DNA from: Candidatus Woesearchaeota archaeon
GTDB taxonomy: Archaea > Nanobdellota > Nanobdellia > Pacearchaeales > GW2011-AR1
Direction: 5' to 3'
DNA length: 64,000 nt
Assembly (NCBI GenBank): GCA_964384965.1
Contig: CAYLLR010000001.1
Location: forward strand, 2,568 to 66,567
Below, piece after piece: positions 9,067 to 21,691 of this stretch. Position numbers and translations under genes: made by a program. The stretch's first letter is position 1. Every line of letters starts with the position of its first letter. The notes under the pieces were generated by a model. It was given only the letters and a program-made list of their open reading frames with translations, was not told where the DNA came from and did not search any database.

Positions 9067-10077
9067 TTGTTGTTTGGTTTTATGACAATAGTTTTAGGAA
9101 TTGAATCGACGGCACATACTTTTGGGATAGGAGTTGTGAAGAATGGAAAAATAATTGCGAATAGAAAAGATATGTATACGACAAAATCAGGGGGAATTAT
9201 TCCCATGGATTCTGCAAAGCACCATAAGGAAGTTTCCATAAAAGTTTATTCTGAAGCTTTGAAAGAGGCGAAGATTAAAGAATCAAATATTGATGCGATT
9301 GCATTTAGTCAGGGTCCAGGTCTTGCCCCCTGTTTGATTGAAGGAATGAAATTTGCGAAAGCTTTAAGCAAGAGATTAAATAAACCTCTTGTTCCAGTTA
9401 ATCATTGTGTTGCCCATTTGGAAATTGGGAAGATAACCGGAGCAAAGGATCCTGTTTTGCTTTATTGTTCTGGAGCTAATACTCAAATTATTAGTTATTC
9501 CCTCGGAAAATATAGAATTTTCGGAGAAACTCTCGATAATGGGGTGGGAAATTTTATAGATGGGTTTGCCCGTTACGCTGGAATTGGTTTTCCTGGAGGG
9601 CCTGAACTTGAAAAATTAGCTGAGAAGGGAAAGAGGTATATAGAACTTCCATATGTTGTAAAGGGTATGGATGTTTCTTTTTCAGGAATTTTGACTAATC
9701 TGAAGCAAAAGTTTGATAAAAAAATTTATTCTTTAGAAGATTTAAGTTATTCTATGCAGGAAACGGTTTTTGCAATGCTTATTGAAACGGCAGAAAGAGC
9801 TTTAGCACATGTTCAGAAAAAAGAATTGGTTTTGGGGGGAGGGGTTGCGTGTAATTCAAGATTACAGGAAATGGCGAGGATTATGTGCAAGGAAAGGGGT
9901 GCAAAATTTTTTTGTCCGGAACGTTCTCTACTCGTCGATAACGGGGCGATGATTGCATACCTGGGAGAAATAATTTTTAATTCGGGAATTAGATTTTCAG
10001 GAGAAGAAGTGGAAAAATTAGATATTAAACCCCGACAACGTACAGATGAAATTGAGGTTAATTGGAAGAAAAATTAA
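9067..10077 (+). CDS. kae1: tRNA N6-adenosine threonylcarbamoyltransferase Kae1 (stand-alone, no Bud32 fusion).
   Basis: N-terminal LGIESTAHTFGIGVV, metal-binding His pair (VNHCVAHLEIG), length 336 aa. Confidence 0.9.
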   Translation: MLFGFMTIVLGIESTAHTFGIGVVKNGKIIANRKDMYTTKSGGIIPMDSAKHHKEVSIKVYSEALKEAKIKESNIDAIAFSQGPGLAPCLIEGMKFAKALSKRLNKPLVPVNHCVAHLEIGKITGAKDPVLLYCSGANTQIISYSLGKYRIFGETLDNGVGNFIDGFARYAGIGFPGGPELEKLAEKGKRYIELPYVVKGMDVSFSGILTNLKQKFDKKIYSLEDLSYSMQETVFAMLIETAERALAHVQKKELVLGGGVACNSRLQEMARIMCKERGAKFFCPERSLLVDNGAMIAYLGEIIFNSGIRFSGEEVEKLDIKPRQRTDEIEVNWKKN

Positions 10078-10388
10078 ATTAATTTGCATAGGTTTCTAGA
10101 ATGAATTTCTATTGAACAGCCACTTTTTAATTTTTTTTCAATTTCCTTCATGAAATCTATTAATTCTTCATCATTTTTTATTTTGTCCTCTTTAATTAGT
10201 TGATAATTTTCTTCCCCGAATGATAATTGCACATAGTAATAATTTAATCCTTCTTTCCTTCCACTTAAATAAATGAATTTTTCTTTTGCAAGAGAAATTT
10301 CTAATCTTCTAACCTGGTTCGTGTTTAATCTTGAACTTGCTAGTTCCTTTTCATTCAAAAATAGATTATATCCTGTTTTCTTAATCAT
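10074..10388 (-). CDS. Hypothetical protein.
   Basis: ORF only. Convergent with kae1. Confidence 0.3.
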   Translation of the reverse strand: MIKKTGYNLFLNEKELASSRLNTNQVRRLEISLAKEKFIYLSGRKEGLNYYYVQLSFGEENYQLIKEDKIKNDEELIDFMKEIEKKLKSGCSIEIHSRNLCKLI

Positions 10389-10529
10389 TTTCTTCTATGA
10401 ATTTGAGGTTATTTAAACATTGTTGTAGTTAGGAAGATTAGTTAACCATATTGGGTTTCTTTTGGAATTTTAAATTTAGAATTTTAGATAAAATTTCAAC
10501 GGAAGTTTTATAAACTAAAAATTGCCTTA

Positions 10530-10910
10530 ATGTTTGTATCGGATGAACGAGCAGTTCAAATGAAGAGTTTGGCGTTCTTTCGATTAACTAAATATGGCTA
10601 TAATTTAAAAATGGATGGATATCAAATTGTTGAAAAGGCGAAACGAACCGGAAAAATTGAGAAAGGAACCAACGAGGTAACCAAGGCAATTGAAAGGGGC
10701 GTTGCAAAATTTGTTGTATATGCAAAAGATGTTGAACCTAAAGAGATAGTGGCACATCTTCCTTTGCTGTGCAAGGAGAAGGGGGTTCCCTTTTTGGAAG
10801 TTGATAGCAAGCAAAAATTGGGAATTGCCGTGGGTCTTCCCGTTGCAGCTTCTTCTATTGTGATTGTTGAGCCTGGTGAAGCAAGTCAGGACATCGCCTC
10901 TATAAAGTAA
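10530..10910 (+). CDS. rpl7ae: Ribosomal protein L7Ae. The true start may be an internal Met near 10608.
   Basis: [26 protein letters not shown]...[12 protein letters not shown]. Confidence 0.85.
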   Translation: MFVSDERAVQMKSLAFFRLTKYGYNLKMDGYQIVEKAKRTGKIEKGTNEVTKAIERGVAKFVVYAKDVEPKEIVAHLPLLCKEKGVPFLEVDSKQKLGIAVGLPVAASSIVIVEPGEASQDIASIK

Positions 10911-10933
10911 TTTTAAAATAGGCAAAATTCAAT

Positions 10934-11233
10934 ATGGCAAAAACAGACAAAAATAAAAGAAAGCAACAAGGGAAATCGCAGGCTTCTAAAGGGAGTGATA
11001 AGATTCTTGGAGAGATTGTTCCGGCAGTAGTTCGGGAGCTTCTTGGAAGAACTGGTTTTAGAGGAGAGATTACACAAGTTAAAGTTCTTGTCGAAGAAGG
11101 GAAGGATAAGGGAAGAAGTATGAGAAGAAATGTGAGGGGTGCTGTGAGAGTGGGGGATGTTTTAATGCTTAGAGAAACAGAAATTGAAGCCAGAAGAATT
11201 AAATCAAATATTAAAAAAGGAAATTATAAATAA
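10934..11233 (+). CDS. rps28e: Ribosomal protein S28e.
   Basis: [46 protein letters not shown]. Confidence 0.85.
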   Translation: MAKTDKNKRKQQGKSQASKGSDKILGEIVPAVVRELLGRTGFRGEITQVKVLVEEGKDKGRSMRRNVRGAVRVGDVLMLRETEIEARRIKSNIKKGNYK

Positions 11234-11234
11234 A

Positions 11235-11489
11235 ATGAAAGAAGAATTTGGGGAACTTGTTAAAATCGTTGAGGATTTTTTTGATAAAGAATACAGTTTG
11301 CCCGGAATTCATCCCGGCTTTATTGAGATTGCAAGTCCAAATAAAGAGTATCTTTTGAAGGGTCAAAAAAAGATTGAAGAAATGAATTTTCCGAATTATG
11401 AAACTCTCTGCACTTTTTTTAAAGAAAGAGATTTAGAATACCACCATGATAGATATAAATTAAAAGTTAGTTTTAAAAGGAAGAATTAA
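11235..11489 (+). CDS. Small hypothetical protein inserted between S28e and L24e. The ORF track gives a longer overlapping version from 11184.
   Basis: ORF only. Tightly packed between rps28e and rpl24e. Confidence 0.35.
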   Translation: MKEEFGELVKIVEDFFDKEYSLPGIHPGFIEIASPNKEYLLKGQKKIEEMNFPNYETLCTFFKERDLEYHHDRYKLKVSFKRKN

Positions 11490-11490
11490 A

Positions 11491-11694
11491 ATGCCTAAAT
11501 GTGTTTATTGCGAAAAAAATTACGAGCTTCCGAGGGGATTGACTTTGGTGATGAAGGATGGTAAAGTTAATTATCTTTGTTCTTCAAAATGTAGAAAAAA
11601 TATGTTAATGGGAAGAAGAAAAGTTAGATGGTTGCCAAAACATTTGAAATTCAATCCTAAAAATAAGAAAAAGGAAAAGAAAAGAAAAAAATAA
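11491..11694 (+). CDS. rpl24e: Ribosomal protein L24e.
   Basis: CVYCEKNYELPRGLTLVMKDGKVNYLCSSKCRKN zinc-ribbon core. Confidence 0.85.
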   Translation: MPKCVYCEKNYELPRGLTLVMKDGKVNYLCSSKCRKNMLMGRRKVRWLPKHLKFNPKNKKKEKKRKK

Positions 11695-12178
11695 TTAAAA
11701 GAGATTTTTGAATGTCCTTTTAAAACATTTTTGTTTTTATTTTATGAAAAGAGATTTAGAGAAAACCAAAAATGAGAATTTTAATAAAGGTAATAGAGTC
11801 ATTTTGGAGCTTTTAAGTTTCTTTAACTAAGATTGAAGGGGTTATCAATTGCAATATAAAAAGCGGGTAAAAGAACCGTATAAGAGTCACTTGAAATTTT
11901 CTTTTATTTTGCACTATGATTGCCAGTTAAAAAATTCTTCTTTTGTTTATAATAAAGGTCATTTTTGTGATTCAAATGTCTTAAATTTTTTTAGGGTTTT
12001 TATGTGGAAGTTTATTACTTTTAAGTTATTCTCGTCGGTAAAGGCTATTTTTGGACATAAAGATTTATAAACTAAATTTGCTTTTTTTGTGTGTAAAAAG
12101 GTCAAATCTTTTTTCAAAAATAGGGCGTAAATTGGTAAAAAATGTCCTGGTTTTTACATAAAATGGTTAAAAAATTAA

Positions 12179-14071
<1,893 letters not shown>

Positions 14072-14072
14072 A

Positions 14073-14498
14073 ATGGAATGCAAATATTGTAAGATAGATG
14101 AAAATCTTTTGATTAAAAGATTTGATAGTTGGAATGTTTTGATTAATTCTAATCAGTATTTCTTAGGGAGACAATCAATTAGTTTGAAAAGACGTGTTGA
14201 GGAATTAACAGATATAACAAATTTGGAAAGAGATGAATTATTTTATATAATGAAAAAATCAAAAGATATAGTCACTAATTTATTTGATGCAAACTTGTTT
14301 AATTATTTTGTTGCAGAAAACATAACAAAACATTTACACATTCATTTAATTCCGAGGTATAATCATAGTGTTAATTTTGAAGGATATCTATTCAAAGATG
14401 AATTGTGTGGAAAGAATCATTCTTTTTATCCAAGAGATTTTAAAATAGATGAAAATTTATTGGAAAAAATTAAAAATAAAATAATAGAGAAATTATAA
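14073..14498 (+). CDS. HIT family (histidine triad) protein. The ORF track starts at 14010 overlapping gyrB; Met at 14073 is preferred.
   Basis: HLHIHLIPR histidine triad. Confidence 0.65.
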   Translation: MECKYCKIDENLLIKRFDSWNVLINSNQYFLGRQSISLKRRVEELTDITNLERDELFYIMKKSKDIVTNLFDANLFNYFVAENITKHLHIHLIPRYNHSVNFEGYLFKDELCGKNHSFYPRDFKIDENLLEKIKNKIIEKL

Positions 14499-14500
14499 AA

Positions 14501-15193
14501 ATGATGTCCAAAAATAAAATTAAGGCGTTGATTTTTGATATTGGAGGTGTTTTAGAGCTTGAAAAAATTTCTCCATCAATTAATGGGAAAAAAGATTTTG
14601 TGAATCTTGGAGTTCATGAATATATTGCTAAAAAATTAAAAATCAGTGTCGATCAATGGTTCGATTCTATCGATAGTACTTATGCAGATTCTGTTGAAGG
14701 AAAAATCTCTGAAAAAGAGGTTATTAGTATTTTATCTAAAAATTTGAAAGTTAAACCAAAAAAATTGATAAAGGTAGTTGTTAAATCATATAAGAAAAAT
14801 TTTGTTAGGAATAAATCTCTTTATAAATTTGCATTTAATGCAAAGAAGGAAGGTTATAAAATTGCTATTTTATCAGATCAATGGCATTTATCTAAGAAGG
14901 CTCTTGTCGACGATAAACTTATGAAAAATTTTGATGCTGTGGTGATTTCTTCCGATGTAGGGATTAGAAAACCATCTCAAAAAATTTACAAATTAGTTTT
15001 AAAAGAACTAAAAATCAAACCAAATTATGCAGTTTTTATTGATAACCAAGAATGGAATATAAAAGCAGCAAGGAAATTGGGAATAAATACTATTTTATAT
15101 AAAAACAACAAACAAGTTTTTGAAGATTTAAATAAATTGGGAATTAAAATTGGGAAACAAGATGGCAAAAAAATCAAAAGTAAAAACTCCTGA
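14501..15193 (+). CDS. HAD-superfamily hydrolase.
   Basis: Motif I FDIGGVL, motif III K (GIRKPSQKIY), motif IV FIDN. Confidence 0.75.
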   Translation: MMSKNKIKALIFDIGGVLELEKISPSINGKKDFVNLGVHEYIAKKLKISVDQWFDSIDSTYADSVEGKISEKEVISILSKNLKVKPKKLIKVVVKSYKKNFVRNKSLYKFAFNAKKEGYKIAILSDQWHLSKKALVDDKLMKNFDAVVISSDVGIRKPSQKIYKLVLKELKIKPNYAVFIDNQEWNIKAARKLGINTILYKNNKQVFEDLNKLGIKIGKQDGKKIKSKNS

Positions 15194-15452
15194 TTGGATT
15201 TTGGAAGGTTATGATTCTCCAGAAGAGTATGAAAAAGCCAAAGGAATCAAGGTTAAAAAGAAAAAAGGGAAGACTTTTAAAATTAGGTATTGTCCGAAGT
15301 GTAATTCAGATGAACTAAAAGTTGTTATTGGTGAAATTGGGGTTTGGAAATGTAAGAGTTGTAAATTTGAGGGAAGTGAAGTCAATGAGGAAGAATTAAA
15401 TGAAGAGGAATTTATGAAATATTTGGACGAAAAAGGGGAGGAGGTTTCTTGA
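15162..15452 (+). CDS. Small zinc-ribbon protein.
   Basis: CPKCNSD...CKSCKF with an acidic tail. The alternative track start is 15150. Confidence 0.4.
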   Translation: MAKKSKVKTPDWILEGYDSPEEYEKAKGIKVKKKKGKTFKIRYCPKCNSDELKVVIGEIGVWKCKSCKFEGSEVNEEELNEEEFMKYLDEKGEEVS

Positions 15453-15670
15453 AAGTGAAAAAGAAAAATATTAAGCTAAATGAGTTGGAATCGACAGGCA
15501 TTGGTCCAATCAATTACGTCTATGGGGATTATAATAATTATAATGAAATGATTGATAAATATGATGATATTAGATTATCTGTTTATTATAGAAAAAATTG
15601 GTTGAATAATAAAAAGATAAATTTTGAATTAAATATCTTGAAAAAAGTATTTTAAAGATACAAATAAAAA

Positions 15671-18169
15671 ATGACAAAAGAAGAACAAAAAAAATTAGAA
15701 GAATCACAGGTTGAGCAGAATCCTAAAGATGTTCAGGTCGGAGAATCCTTTGCAGGAGAAGGGGTTTTTTTGGATGAAGAAGGGGTGATTAATTCAGAGG
15801 TTACTTCTGAAATGAAGAAGGCTTATCTTGATTATGCAATGAGTGTAATTGTTTCTCGTGCGATTCCCTCTATTGAGGATGGAATGAAACCTGTTCAAAG
15901 AAGGATTCTTTATTCGATGCAACAGATGGGTTTGAAACCTAATACCCAAACTAAAAAATCAGCAAGAATCGTCGGGGACGTAATTGGTAAATATCACCCT
16001 CATGGAGATACGGCGGTTTATGATGCAATGGTAAGGATGGCTCAAGATTTTTCACTTCGTTATCCTTTGGTTTATGGTCAGGGAAATTTTGGTTCTATCG
16101 ATGGAGATCCTCCTGCTGCTTATAGATATACCGAAGCAAAAATGGAAAAGCTTGCGGAAGAACTTTTAGAAGATATAGATAAAGAAACTGTTGAGTTTTT
16201 ACCAAATTTTGATAATTCTTTAAAAGAGCCCAAATTACTCCCTGGAAAATTGCCTGCTTTAATGCTTAATGGTGCGACAGGTATTGCGGTGGGTATGGCT
16301 ACAAATATTCCTCCCCACAATTTGAAAGAAGTTAGTGATGCAATAGTAAAGTACATTGATAATCCAAAAATAGAATTGGATGAATTAATGGATGTTATTA
16401 CGGGTCCTGATTTTCCGACGGGAGGATTAGTTCAAGGAGATATGAAAGAACTTTATAGAACCGGAAGAGGAAGGTTGGTTATGAGAGGCAAGGTAGATTA
16501 TGAAAGTACGAAGAAAAGAGAATTAGTCGTTATAACCGAGATTCCTTATATGGTCAATAAATCCTCTTTGATTACTCAAATTGCGAACCTTGTAAGAGAT
16601 AAAAAAATCAAAGATATTTCGGATTTAAGAGATGAATCAAATAGGGGAAAAATCAGAATTGTTCTGGAATTGAGGAAAGGGGCTAGTCCGAAATTTGTGA
16701 CTAATGCTTTGTATAAATATACTCGGCTCCAGGATTCTTTTAACGTTAATTTTTTAGCTCTCGTAAACGGGAAACCGAAAATTTTAGGACTTCTGGATGT
16801 TTTAGAAAATTATCTATCTTATAGGAAAAAAATTATTTCCAATAGGACTAAATATGAATTAAAAAAGGCGAAATTTAGGCAAGAGATAGTTGAAGGTCTT
16901 CTTAGAGCTTTAGAGAATATTGATAGAGTAATAAAAATAATTCGTTTTGGTGAAAATCCTTCAAAGGAGCTGAAACTTAAATTCAATTTTACAGCTAACC
17001 AAATTAAAGCAATTCTTGAGACTCGTTTGAGACAATTGACCTCTTTGGAAAATGAAAAATTAAGAAATGAATTTAAAGAGTTAGAAAAGAAAATTAAGAG
17101 GTATGAGAAAATTTTGGGGGATGTGAAAGAGGTTTTAAAAATTATTCGGGAAGAGGTTTTGGAATTAAAAGAAAAATATGGGGATTCCCGTCGAACTCAG
17201 GTGTTTAAGAGAAATTTTTCTGAAATTTCTGAAAAAGATTTGGTTCAAGAAAAAGAAGTTGTTGTTTCAATTACAGAGAAAGGGTATGTGAAACGAATGG
17301 ATGTCAAAACCTATAAAGAACAGAAAAGAGGTGGAAAAGGGGTTATAGGGAGCAATCTTACCACGGGAGATTTTACAAAGCAAATCTTAACTTGTTCAAC
17401 CCACGACCTTTTAATGTTTTTTACTTCAAGAGGAAGGGTTCTCTGGCTTAAAGCATATAATCTTCCTGAGGCTGAAAGATACGGAAAAGGAAAAGCTTTG
17501 ATAAATTTACTTGGTTTGAAAGACGAGAAAGTAACAAATATAATTTCTGTAAGCAAATTCGAGGATTTTTTAATAATGGCTACGAAAAAAGGAATTGTGA
17601 AAAAAATATCTCTTTCGTATTTTTCTAAACCGAGATTGTCGGGAGTTAAAGCAATTAATCTTCCGTTGGACAATTCAGATAATTTAATAGGGGTTGAGGT
17701 TTTGAAAGGGGGTCAAGATATTAGTCTTGCTACAAAATTTGGGAAATCAATAAGGTTTAGTTCTGATAAAATTCGTGCAATGGGCAGGGCAAGTTATGGG
17801 GTCACGGGAATCAAAATGGCTAAGGGAGATGAAGTTGTTTCATTAGAAGTTTTAGATAGGGATGCAATTTTTACAATTACTAAAAAAGGGTATGGGAAAA
17901 GGACTTCAGTTAAAGATTATCGGAGAACTGCAAGGGCAGGTAAGGGGGTAATTAATTTAAAGGTAAGCGAAAAAACTGGAGAAGTTGTGAATACGGTTTC
18001 TGTAAACGATGGAGATTCAATTATAATAACAACGGCAAAAGGGCAGGTCATTCGGACTAGTTTAAAGGACATAAGAGTAATGGGGCGCGCTGCTCAGGGA
18101 GTAAGAATAGTAAAACTTCAAGTAGGGGATTCCGTAACAGACGTTATAAGAGTTCACGACGAGGAATAA
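15671..18169 (+). CDS. gyrA: DNA gyrase subunit A.
   Basis: [35 protein letters not shown]-terminal beta-pinwheel repeats, 832 aa. Confidence 0.95.
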   Translation: MTKEEQKKLEESQVEQNPKDVQVGESFAGEGVFLDEEGVINSEVTSEMKKAYLDYAMSVIVSRAIPSIEDGMKPVQRRILYSMQQMGLKPNTQTKKSARIVGDVIGKYHPHGDTAVYDAMVRMAQDFSLRYPLVYGQGNFGSIDGDPPAAYRYTEAKMEKLAEELLEDIDKETVEFLPNFDNSLKEPKLLPGKLPALMLNGATGIAVGMATNIPPHNLKEVSDAIVKYIDNPKIELDELMDVITGPDFPTGGLVQGDMKELYRTGRGRLVMRGKVDYESTKKRELVVITEIPYMVNKSSLITQIANLVRDKKIKDISDLRDESNRGKIRIVLELRKGASPKFVTNALYKYTRLQDSFNVNFLALVNGKPKILGLLDVLENYLSYRKKIISNRTKYELKKAKFRQEIVEGLLRALENIDRVIKIIRFGENPSKELKLKFNFTANQIKAILETRLRQLTSLENEKLRNEFKELEKKIKRYEKILGDVKEVLKIIREEVLELKEKYGDSRRTQVFKRNFSEISEKDLVQEKEVVVSITEKGYVKRMDVKTYKEQKRGGKGVIGSNLTTGDFTKQILTCSTHDLLMFFTSRGRVLWLKAYNLPEAERYGKGKALINLLGLKDEKVTNIISVSKFEDFLIMATKKGIVKKISLSYFSKPRLSGVKAINLPLDNSDNLIGVEVLKGGQDISLATKFGKSIRFSSDKIRAMGRASYGVTGIKMAKGDEVVSLEVLDRDAIFTITKKGYGKRTSVKDYRRTARAGKGVINLKVSEKTGEVVNTVSVNDGDSIIITTAKGQVIRTSLKDIRVMGRAAQGVRIVKLQVGDSVTDVIRVHDEE

Positions 18170-18175
18170 TATAAT

Positions 18176-19702
18176 TTAATTTTTACTAATTTTGAACTTT
18201 TCGTTAGGGATTTTGAACTTCTCGATTATTTCTCTGTTTTCTTTTGAATTTTTAATATATATAATTACAAAATCATCTACATATATCGGAATCCATGTGG
18301 GATCTTTTAGTCTTTCAATTAAAAATTGTTGGCCCCAGGGAGTCATATCTTTTCTATAAAAATATATTATATTTAGATTATATTTTTTTTCGTATTTTTT
18401 CCAAACTTCTTTATTTTCTTGTATTGGAATATAAACTTCTTTGAAAAATTTTACAGAATATGCTTCTGGACGATTATCTACAAAAACTTTTTCTTTTGGA
18501 AATAAATTTAGTATGAGATATCCCCCTATATCATAATTATTAAATATTGGGCCTTCTAAATTATTTTCTTTAAAAAAAGTAATGGAGTTTAAATTATTAT
18601 TTAGAAGTCCAATTCCTGTTGAGGGATTTAAGGAAAAATAATTTAATCCTGCAATTATAAATGTAATGATTATAACTATAGAAATTGAAATTATTTTTAA
18701 GATTTGTTTTTTTGTTAATTTATTATAAAAACTCTTTAAATTTTCAGATAATATCGGAATTAAAACTAATCCAAATATTGTTATGTTTCTTGTCATTTTC
18801 CATGCTAAAGTTCCAAAAAATAAGAATAAGAGAATATTAAGCACATTTTCTTTAATGGTTTTTTTTGATATGAAAAAACTAATGGTTCCTAATAAGAAAA
18901 TTAATTCAAAATAGAGATAAAGTGGATTGTAAAATCTGGTTTGCATAAAAATAATGCTCATGTTTTCTGCAAGAAGATATCCATATTCCCTGAAGATTAA
19001 AAGCGGTTCTAACAGGCCCTTTATGAAAAAGGGATTAATGAGTGAGGCCAAAATTAGTCCTCCAAGCAAAATTAAATATTTTTTGAATTTTTCTTTTTTG
19101 TTAAAGTAACTGTGGATTGTGAAAAAGGAAGCGATACTTATTCCAAAAATGAAAAATATGTGAATGTTTACCCAAATTATTTGGGTTGGGATTAAAATTA
19201 AAAGTAATTTTTTATATTTAATTTTATTTTTTTCAAATTTAAAGAGCAAAAAGTAATAAAATGCTAAGAAGAAATAACTAAGGACTTCCGGTCTTATTTC
19301 TTTTCTATGGATTATGAGGGGGATTAATAAAATAGTGAGAAAAATTGCAAGTTTATAGTCTCCTTTTTCTTTTGCCAGAATAAAAAATAGCATGAATGAT
19401 AAGAGATATATTAAAATGTTTATTAGGGATAGTCCTTGGAATCCAGTCAATTTCCAAATCAAATAAGCAATAGCTCCATACCCCCAATGATGGGTTATTG
19501 TTGGATAATTATTTTCTGTGTAAGAGTAAAAATTTGTTGATAGTATTTTTCCTTCGTTGAAGAATATTTCTCCGTTTTTTATGTGTCTTCCTATGTCTGA
19601 GTTTGAGAGATTTATTTTTTGAGCATAAGAAAGTGAAAGAATAATTATTAAAAAAACTAAAGGAATTAATTTTTTGTAATTTTTTTTTGAGTCCTTTTTC
19701 AT
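18176..19702 (-). CDS. Polytopic integral membrane protein with a C-terminal soluble domain; possibly a GT-C fold glycosyltransferase.
   Basis: About 11 hydrophobic helices followed by a roughly 150-aa hydrophilic C-terminus. Divergent neighbour is a Dpm1-like GT2. No WWDYG motif was seen, so an AglB assignment is not supported. Confidence 0.4.
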   Translation of the reverse strand: MKKDSKKNYKKLIPLVFLIIILSLSYAQKINLSNSDIGRHIKNGEIFFNEGKILSTNFYSYTENNYPTITHHWGYGAIAYLIWKLTGFQGLSLINILIYLLSFMLFFILAKEKGDYKLAIFLTILLIPLIIHRKEIRPEVLSYFFLAFYYFLLFKFEKNKIKYKKLLLILIPTQIIWVNIHIFFIFGISIASFFTIHSYFNKKEKFKKYLILLGGLILASLINPFFIKGLLEPLLIFREYGYLLAENMSIIFMQTRFYNPLYLYFELIFLLGTISFFISKKTIKENVLNILLFLFFGTLAWKMTRNITIFGLVLIPILSENLKSFYNKLTKKQILKIISISIVIIITFIIAGLNYFSLNPSTGIGLLNNNLNSITFFKENNLEGPIFNNYDIGGYLILNLFPKEKVFVDNRPEAYSVKFFKEVYIPIQENKEVWKKYEKKYNLNIIYFYRKDMTPWGQQFLIERLKDPTWIPIYVDDFVIIYIKNSKENREIIEKFKIPNEKFKISKN

Positions 19703-19772
19703 TACTTTAGAAATAAATGGGTGTTTTTATTTTTTTAGTAATTAATTTAAATTACGCTTTTGTCATACAATT

Positions 19773-20462
19773 ATGAAAATTAGTGTTTTAATTCCTGTTT
19801 ATAATGAAGAAAGGACTTTGGTTAATCTTTTTGAAAAATTGTCTTCTCTAAATATAAAGTACAATAAAGAGATAATTTTTATAAATGATGGTTCTAATGA
19901 TAATTCTTTAAATTTAATTAAGGGTTTTATTAAAAAAAATGAAAATATAATTTTAATCAATAGTTTAAAAAATTATGGAAAGGGGTTTTCTATTCGCAAG
20001 GGTATTAAAAAATCTAAGGGGGATATTGTTATTTTTCAGGATGCAGATTTAGAATATGATGTTTTGGATTTAAAGAGGATTCTTGAAGAATTTAAGAAAG
20101 AAAAGGTTGAAGTAGTTTATGGTTCTCGATTTTTGAAGACAAACAGAAAGGGAAATCTTCTTTTTTATTTTGCTAATCGTATTCTTTCTTTAATTACTTC
20201 TCTCTTTTATTATGTAAAAATTACCGATATGGAAACAGGTTACAAAGCATTTAGAAAAGAGGTTTTAGAAAATCTTAATTTAGAGAGTTTTGGTTTTGAA
20301 ATAGAACCGGAAATAACATCTAAATTATTAAGGAAGAATTATGAGATTGTGGAGATTCCGATTTCTTATTATCCAAGGAGTAGAAAGTTAGGAAAGAAAA
20401 TTAAAATTAGGGATGGGTTCCTTGCGGTTAAGACTTTGATAAAATATAGGTTTTTTAAATAA
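19773..20462 (+). CDS. Family 2 glycosyltransferase, dolichyl-phosphate mannose/glucose synthase-like.
   Basis: VLIPVYNEE, NDGSNDNS, QDADLEYD (DxD), about 230 aa. Confidence 0.8.
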   Translation: MKISVLIPVYNEERTLVNLFEKLSSLNIKYNKEIIFINDGSNDNSLNLIKGFIKKNENIILINSLKNYGKGFSIRKGIKKSKGDIVIFQDADLEYDVLDLKRILEEFKKEKVEVVYGSRFLKTNRKGNLLFYFANRILSLITSLFYYVKITDMETGYKAFRKEVLENLNLESFGFEIEPEITSKLLRKNYEIVEIPISYYPRSRKLGKKIKIRDGFLAVKTLIKYRFFK

Positions 20463-21207
20463 AATTTTTAATATTTTCTTTTAATTTGTTAATAAATTTT
20501 CCTGAAATTGTTTTTGTTGATTTTTCGAGAGTTTCAAGATTCAAATTCATTTCTTTTATTATTTTTTTTGCTTCACGTCTTGTTTTTCCATATTTTTTAA
20601 GAGTTTTTATTATTGCATTTTTTGTTTTGGATTCTTTTTCTAAAATTGATTGTAAAACCAATTCTAATTCCGTCGGTTTTTTCCTTTTCAATTGAATCAA
20701 GAAAGAATTTACCCTCGGGGAAGGTTTAAATTCTGATTTGGAAATTTTTTGTATGTAATTAATTTCAAAATAAAGATTTGCAATAATCCCCATTTTGGTT
20801 ATTTTTTCCTCCAAAATTTTTTTTAGTTTTTCGCCCACAATTATTGTTATTTCTTTTATCCCTTCTTTGATAGATTTTTGAATTAGTGGTTCTGATATTG
20901 AATAAGGAATGTTTGCTACGATTTTATTATTTCCTTTCCAAGGGTACTTAAGAGCATTTTCAAATATAAATTTTGTATTTTTTAATTTGAGGTTATTAAG
21001 AATAGGTTTAAATTTTTTATCTGTTTCAAAAGAAGTTAGAAATTTGACCTTTGGAGAAATGAGTTTTGTCAATCTTCCGTCTCCTGCCCCAATTTCAATA
21101 ACTCTATCTTTTTTTGATAATTTGGCCAACGAAATTTGCTTTCTTAGAATTTTTTTATTTTCTAAAAAATGTTGTTGTTTTTTTGGATTTGGGGTTGGGG
21201 GTTCCAT
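20455..21207 (-). CDS. rsmA: 16S rRNA (adenine1518/1519-N6)-dimethyltransferase KsgA/Dim1.
   Basis: SAM motif IEIGAGDGRLT, catalytic VANIPYSIS. Confidence 0.85.
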   Translation of the reverse strand: MEPPTPNPKKQQHFLENKKILRKQISLAKLSKKDRVIEIGAGDGRLTKLISPKVKFLTSFETDKKFKPILNNLKLKNTKFIFENALKYPWKGNNKIVANIPYSISEPLIQKSIKEGIKEITIIVGEKLKKILEEKITKMGIIANLYFEINYIQKISKSEFKPSPRVNSFLIQLKRKKPTELELVLQSILEKESKTKNAIIKTLKKYGKTRREAKKIIKEMNLNLETLEKSTKTISGKFINKLKENIKNFI

Positions 21208-21298
21208 TTATTATAAAAAGAAGGGAGAGTTAAAAGATTTTCTAAAAAAGAATTCGTATTTTGGAGAGTTTTATATAGTTAATTTACTATCTTTTTTT

Positions 21299-21670
21299 AT
21301 GGTAAAAGTAATAGTTGATACAAATTTTATTTTAAATTGTATTAGGAATAAATTTGATTTTTATGAAGGGCTTTTAGAAATGGGGTTTTTAATTTTGGTT
21401 CCAAAAGAGGTTATAAAAGAGATTCAACGAATCACTATTTCGTCCAAATCTTTAAAATTTAGAGATGAAGCTAAATTGGCTTTAAAATTAATTAGTTTGG
21501 GGAATCATCAAGTTATTAGTTGTCCTGGGAAATATGTCGACGCTGGAATCAAAAAATATTTAGATAAACATTTGGATGTATTCCTTGCTACAATGGACAA
21601 AGAACTTAAGAAATCGGTTAAGAATAGGAAAATTGTTCTTAGGAATAAAAAAAAGTTGGAATTGCAATGA
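21299..21670 (+). CDS. PIN-domain protein, Fcf1/Utp24-like. The ORF track starts at 20909, but that N-terminal part is antisense to ksgA and implausible.
   Basis: VIVDTNFIL...ILVPKEVIKEI...VFLATMDKELKK resembles the Fcf1 PIN domain. Confidence 0.55.
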   Translation: MVKVIVDTNFILNCIRNKFDFYEGLLEMGFLILVPKEVIKEIQRITISSKSLKFRDEAKLALKLISLGNHQVISCPGKYVDAGIKKYLDKHLDVFLATMDKELKKSVKNRKIVLRNKKKLELQ

Positions 21671-21691
21671 CTAATTTTTTGTCGAAATTAA

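Noticed and set aside
11849-12070. 73-aa ORF in the 487-bp region upstream of gyrB.
   Set aside because: No motif and an odd composition. More likely a non-coding promoter or leader region.
15449-15655. 68-aa N/Y-rich ORF between the Zn-ribbon gene and gyrA.
   Set aside because: Low-complexity composition and no motif. It may be a spacer rather than a gene.
20909-21298. Long N-terminal extension of the ORF-track protein 20909..21670, antisense to ksgA.
   Set aside because: The low-complexity F/L-rich translation overlaps the well-supported KsgA gene. The PIN-domain homology begins only at Met 21299.
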